A stretch of DNA of 62,972 nt, filler included, from Anaerolineae bacterium (lineage in GTDB: Bacteria; Chloroflexota; Anaerolineae; Epilineales; Epilineaceae), in assembly GCA_029262755.1 (NCBI GenBank). It is 7 parts of 7 records of this genome, joined end to end, with 100 filler letters (N's around TTAATTAATTAA, not from the genome) between each part and the next. Parts side by side here need not be neighbours in the genome. Positions count along the whole stretch, not along the records: positions 60,121 to 62,972 come from JAJCYU010000090.1; 6 more parts are not named here. The stretch is one strand, 5' to 3'. The notes under the pieces were generated by a model, which saw only the letters and a list, made by a program, of their open reading frames with translations, was not told the DNA's origin and did not search any database. The translations under genes were made by a program, and so were the position numbers. Shown piece after piece: positions 61,167 through 62,972 of the stretch (the stretch's first letter is position 1; each line of letters opens with the position of its first letter).

Positions 61167-62972
61167 TTATTGAGACGTGGCGTTTTTGATATGAGAAAGA
61201 ATTGTTAACAGTTCTTCATTTTGCGTGGTTAAGCTGGCAATCTCCTTAATATGCTTATCTTTCAGTTCCAGTGGTAATACCTCACAGCCTGGCTGGTTGA
61301 TACTCCGAACTTTTATTCCGTATAATTTATCCGCAATAGCAACTTTGGCCTCAGCAGACAGGTTAGAATTGATAATGCCGGCCCTTAAATTTATGTCTTC
61401 CTTACTTTCTCTGGCTACTGTTTTCTGGAACAATCTATCTTCTTCGCTCAATCTTCCGACCACTTCACCGATGTCAATCGGCACTACATTAACTGTACAT
61501 CCTGTAATCTCTGACACCTTTCGTTCAAATTCAGGAGTATCTTCTTCGCTGGCGATGTAAGAGACCTTTCCTTTCTGCTCCATCCTTAGAGACAATGTCT
61601 TATTCTGTTTGAGAAAAGCCCGGGTATAATAGGAAAGCTCTTTAGCCGTGTCCACAATATGAATCTCTCTGCCTGTACGGCTTTTCCAAATCTCATGTAT
61701 CTCCTGCTCAAATACACCATAATGGGTACACCCCAGAATCAGGGTATCGATATCTTTTTCCATAAGCGGCTTCAAGTTCGCCTCGATAATAGACCTGTTT
61801 TTTTGACTCATAACCTGATACCTCATTTTGTCAAACTCACCCATATCAACCATAGTTGCAAAGAGAGGTGTTACTACGCTGAATATCTTGACATTTTGAC
61901 TGTGCTTCCTTATTTCATTTATATAAGCACCGCTTTCTATCGTCGCTTTTGTCGCAACTATTCCAATACTCTTTACCTCCGCCCCGTTAGCATTCTCAAG
62001 TCTAAACACGGCGTCAACAGCAGGTACAATGGGGCCAAGAACAGGTATGGAGAATTCCTTTTCTATTGTAGCCCTGGCATTGGCATCCATAGTATTGCAT
62101 AAAAGTACGATTTTAGCACCCAGGTTGTAAGCCGCTTCCACATATGTTCGGCAAAGTTGCTCAATTCTCCTGGGAGAGCTTCCTCCAAGGCGTTTTGACA
62201 AAACACTTATAATAACAATATCTTCACCGACCAGTTCCTCCAGCTTCAACAAATGTTCCTGTGAAATTACCGGTGCAATTCCCGTATCCATAACCACAAT
62301 CTGCCCATTAGGTCTATAATCACGGAACGGAAGGTGCATTACGGTAAGAAGTCGTTTGACAGCTATAATATCTTTGGCAATGGATGGAATTACATCATAT
62401 TTTCGTTCAATTTTTGTTACTTGTTCTCTGTAATGTTTACTGACCTTTGACTCCTCGGAAGTCAGTTCTTCCATAGCCATTTCCCCCCGCCTTGACGTTC
62501 TCCATTCCTTCAACCACATAATTGCAATATCGTGATACGGCGTCTCCATTATCCACATTGCATCATTACCACCTCCAGCAACTTTTCTTTTCTCATCCAT
62601 TTGCTCACGAACTTTTCCTAATGTCTCGATCAAATCTTTTTCCTTAGGGGCCAGCAGTTGTTTTACAAGCAGTGTCTTCAGCGCCTCATCCTCCACCCAG
62701 TTTAGTATTTGCTCATTGGTAGTCTCATTATCCGGTTCCGGCCAGAAACCATCCGGGCCCATAATACGATATTTAATAAGCCTGCTTCCCACCTCCCTTG
62801 CAAGCCTTATTGTCTCACTCTTTGTCAAGTCAATGGGTACTGCCTTTATTTCTCCCCCTATATCTTCAATCTCCATAAGCATTACAGCGCTGCTTGCACC
62901 ACCCAATTTTATATTATAAAGGGCATGAAACAAACTTTTCTCCACGGCAGATGATTCAACTTCTTCAAGAAC
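61167..62972 (-). CDS. C-terminal part of a long multidomain protein with a glutamate-racemase-like domain
   Basis: Frame open to the window edge (LEEVESSAVEK...); VVMDTG, LLCNT, GIVATKATIESGAY, ILGCTHY. Confidence 0.8.
   Translation of the reverse strand, partial: VLEEVESSAVEKSLFHALYNIKLGGASSAVMLMEIEDIGGEIKAVPIDLTKSETIRLAREVGSRLIKYRIMGPDGFWPEPDNETTNEQILNWVEDEALKTLLVKQLLAPKEKDLIETLGKVREQMDEKRKVAGGGNDAMWIMETPYHDIAIMWLKEWRTSRRGEMAMEELTSEESKVSKHYREQVTKIERKYDVIPSIAKDIIAVKRLLTVMHLPFRDYRPNGQIVVMDTGIAPVISQEHLLKLEELVGEDIVIISVLSKRLGGSSPRRIEQLCRTYVEAAYNLGAKIVLLCNTMDANARATIEKEFSIPVLGPIVPAVDAVFRLENANGAEVKSIGIVATKATIESGAYINEIRKHSQNVKIFSVVTPLFATMVDMGEFDKMRYQVMSQKNRSIIEANLKPLMEKDIDTLILGCTHYGVFEQEIHEIWKSRTGREIHIVDTAKELSYYTRAFLKQNKTLSLRMEQKGKVSYIASEEDTPEFERKVSEITGCTVNVVPIDIGEVVGRLSEEDRLFQKTVARESKEDINLRAGIINSNLSAEAKVAIADKLYGIKVRSINQPGCEVLPLELKDKHIKEIASLTTQNEELLTILSHIKNATSQ

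Overview
The window joins seven assembly contigs with N-padded TTAATTAATTAA linkers (7672-7771, 18336-18435, 25903-26002, 38322-38421, 53632-53731, 60021-60120), so adjacency across linkers is not biological. Contigs 1-6 are very GC-rich and look like one Chloroflexota (Anaerolineae-like) genome; this is inferred from gene content and protein features. Contig 1 has tuf(3')-secE-nusG-rplKAJL, a rodZ-like gene and mnmA. Contig 2 is accessory: decayed toxin-antitoxin loci, an HU-like gene, an ECF sigma/anti-sigma pair and secreted proteins. Contig 3 has rpoB-rpsL-rpsG-fusA-tuf(5') with no rpoC. Contig 4 has two tandem propeller/vWA adhesins, a peptide-binding lipoprotein and an R3H-AAA ATPase. 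Contig 5 has SPFH/NfeD, ftsK, an MrfA/Hrq1-type helicase, a GuaB-family gene and an M14 peptidase. Contig 6 has two back-to-back complex I modules. Contig 7 is AT-rich and probably from another organism: lexA with an SOS box, a small partner gene, and the end of a long protein with a glutamate-racemase-like domain. Best leads: a recurring [YFW]-[LMV]-P-x3-4-[KR] tag on six likely exported proteins (candidate Chloroflexota sorting/assembly signal); an HNH nuclease inserted in the MrfA-type helicase; a 'guaB' that looks like a CBS-type GMP reductase behind a ZTP-riboswitch-like leader; a 160-bp MITE-like structured element behind rplL; and a vapC apparently split by a 6.6-kb ECF/secreted-protein block. 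All calls are by eye; no searches were run.
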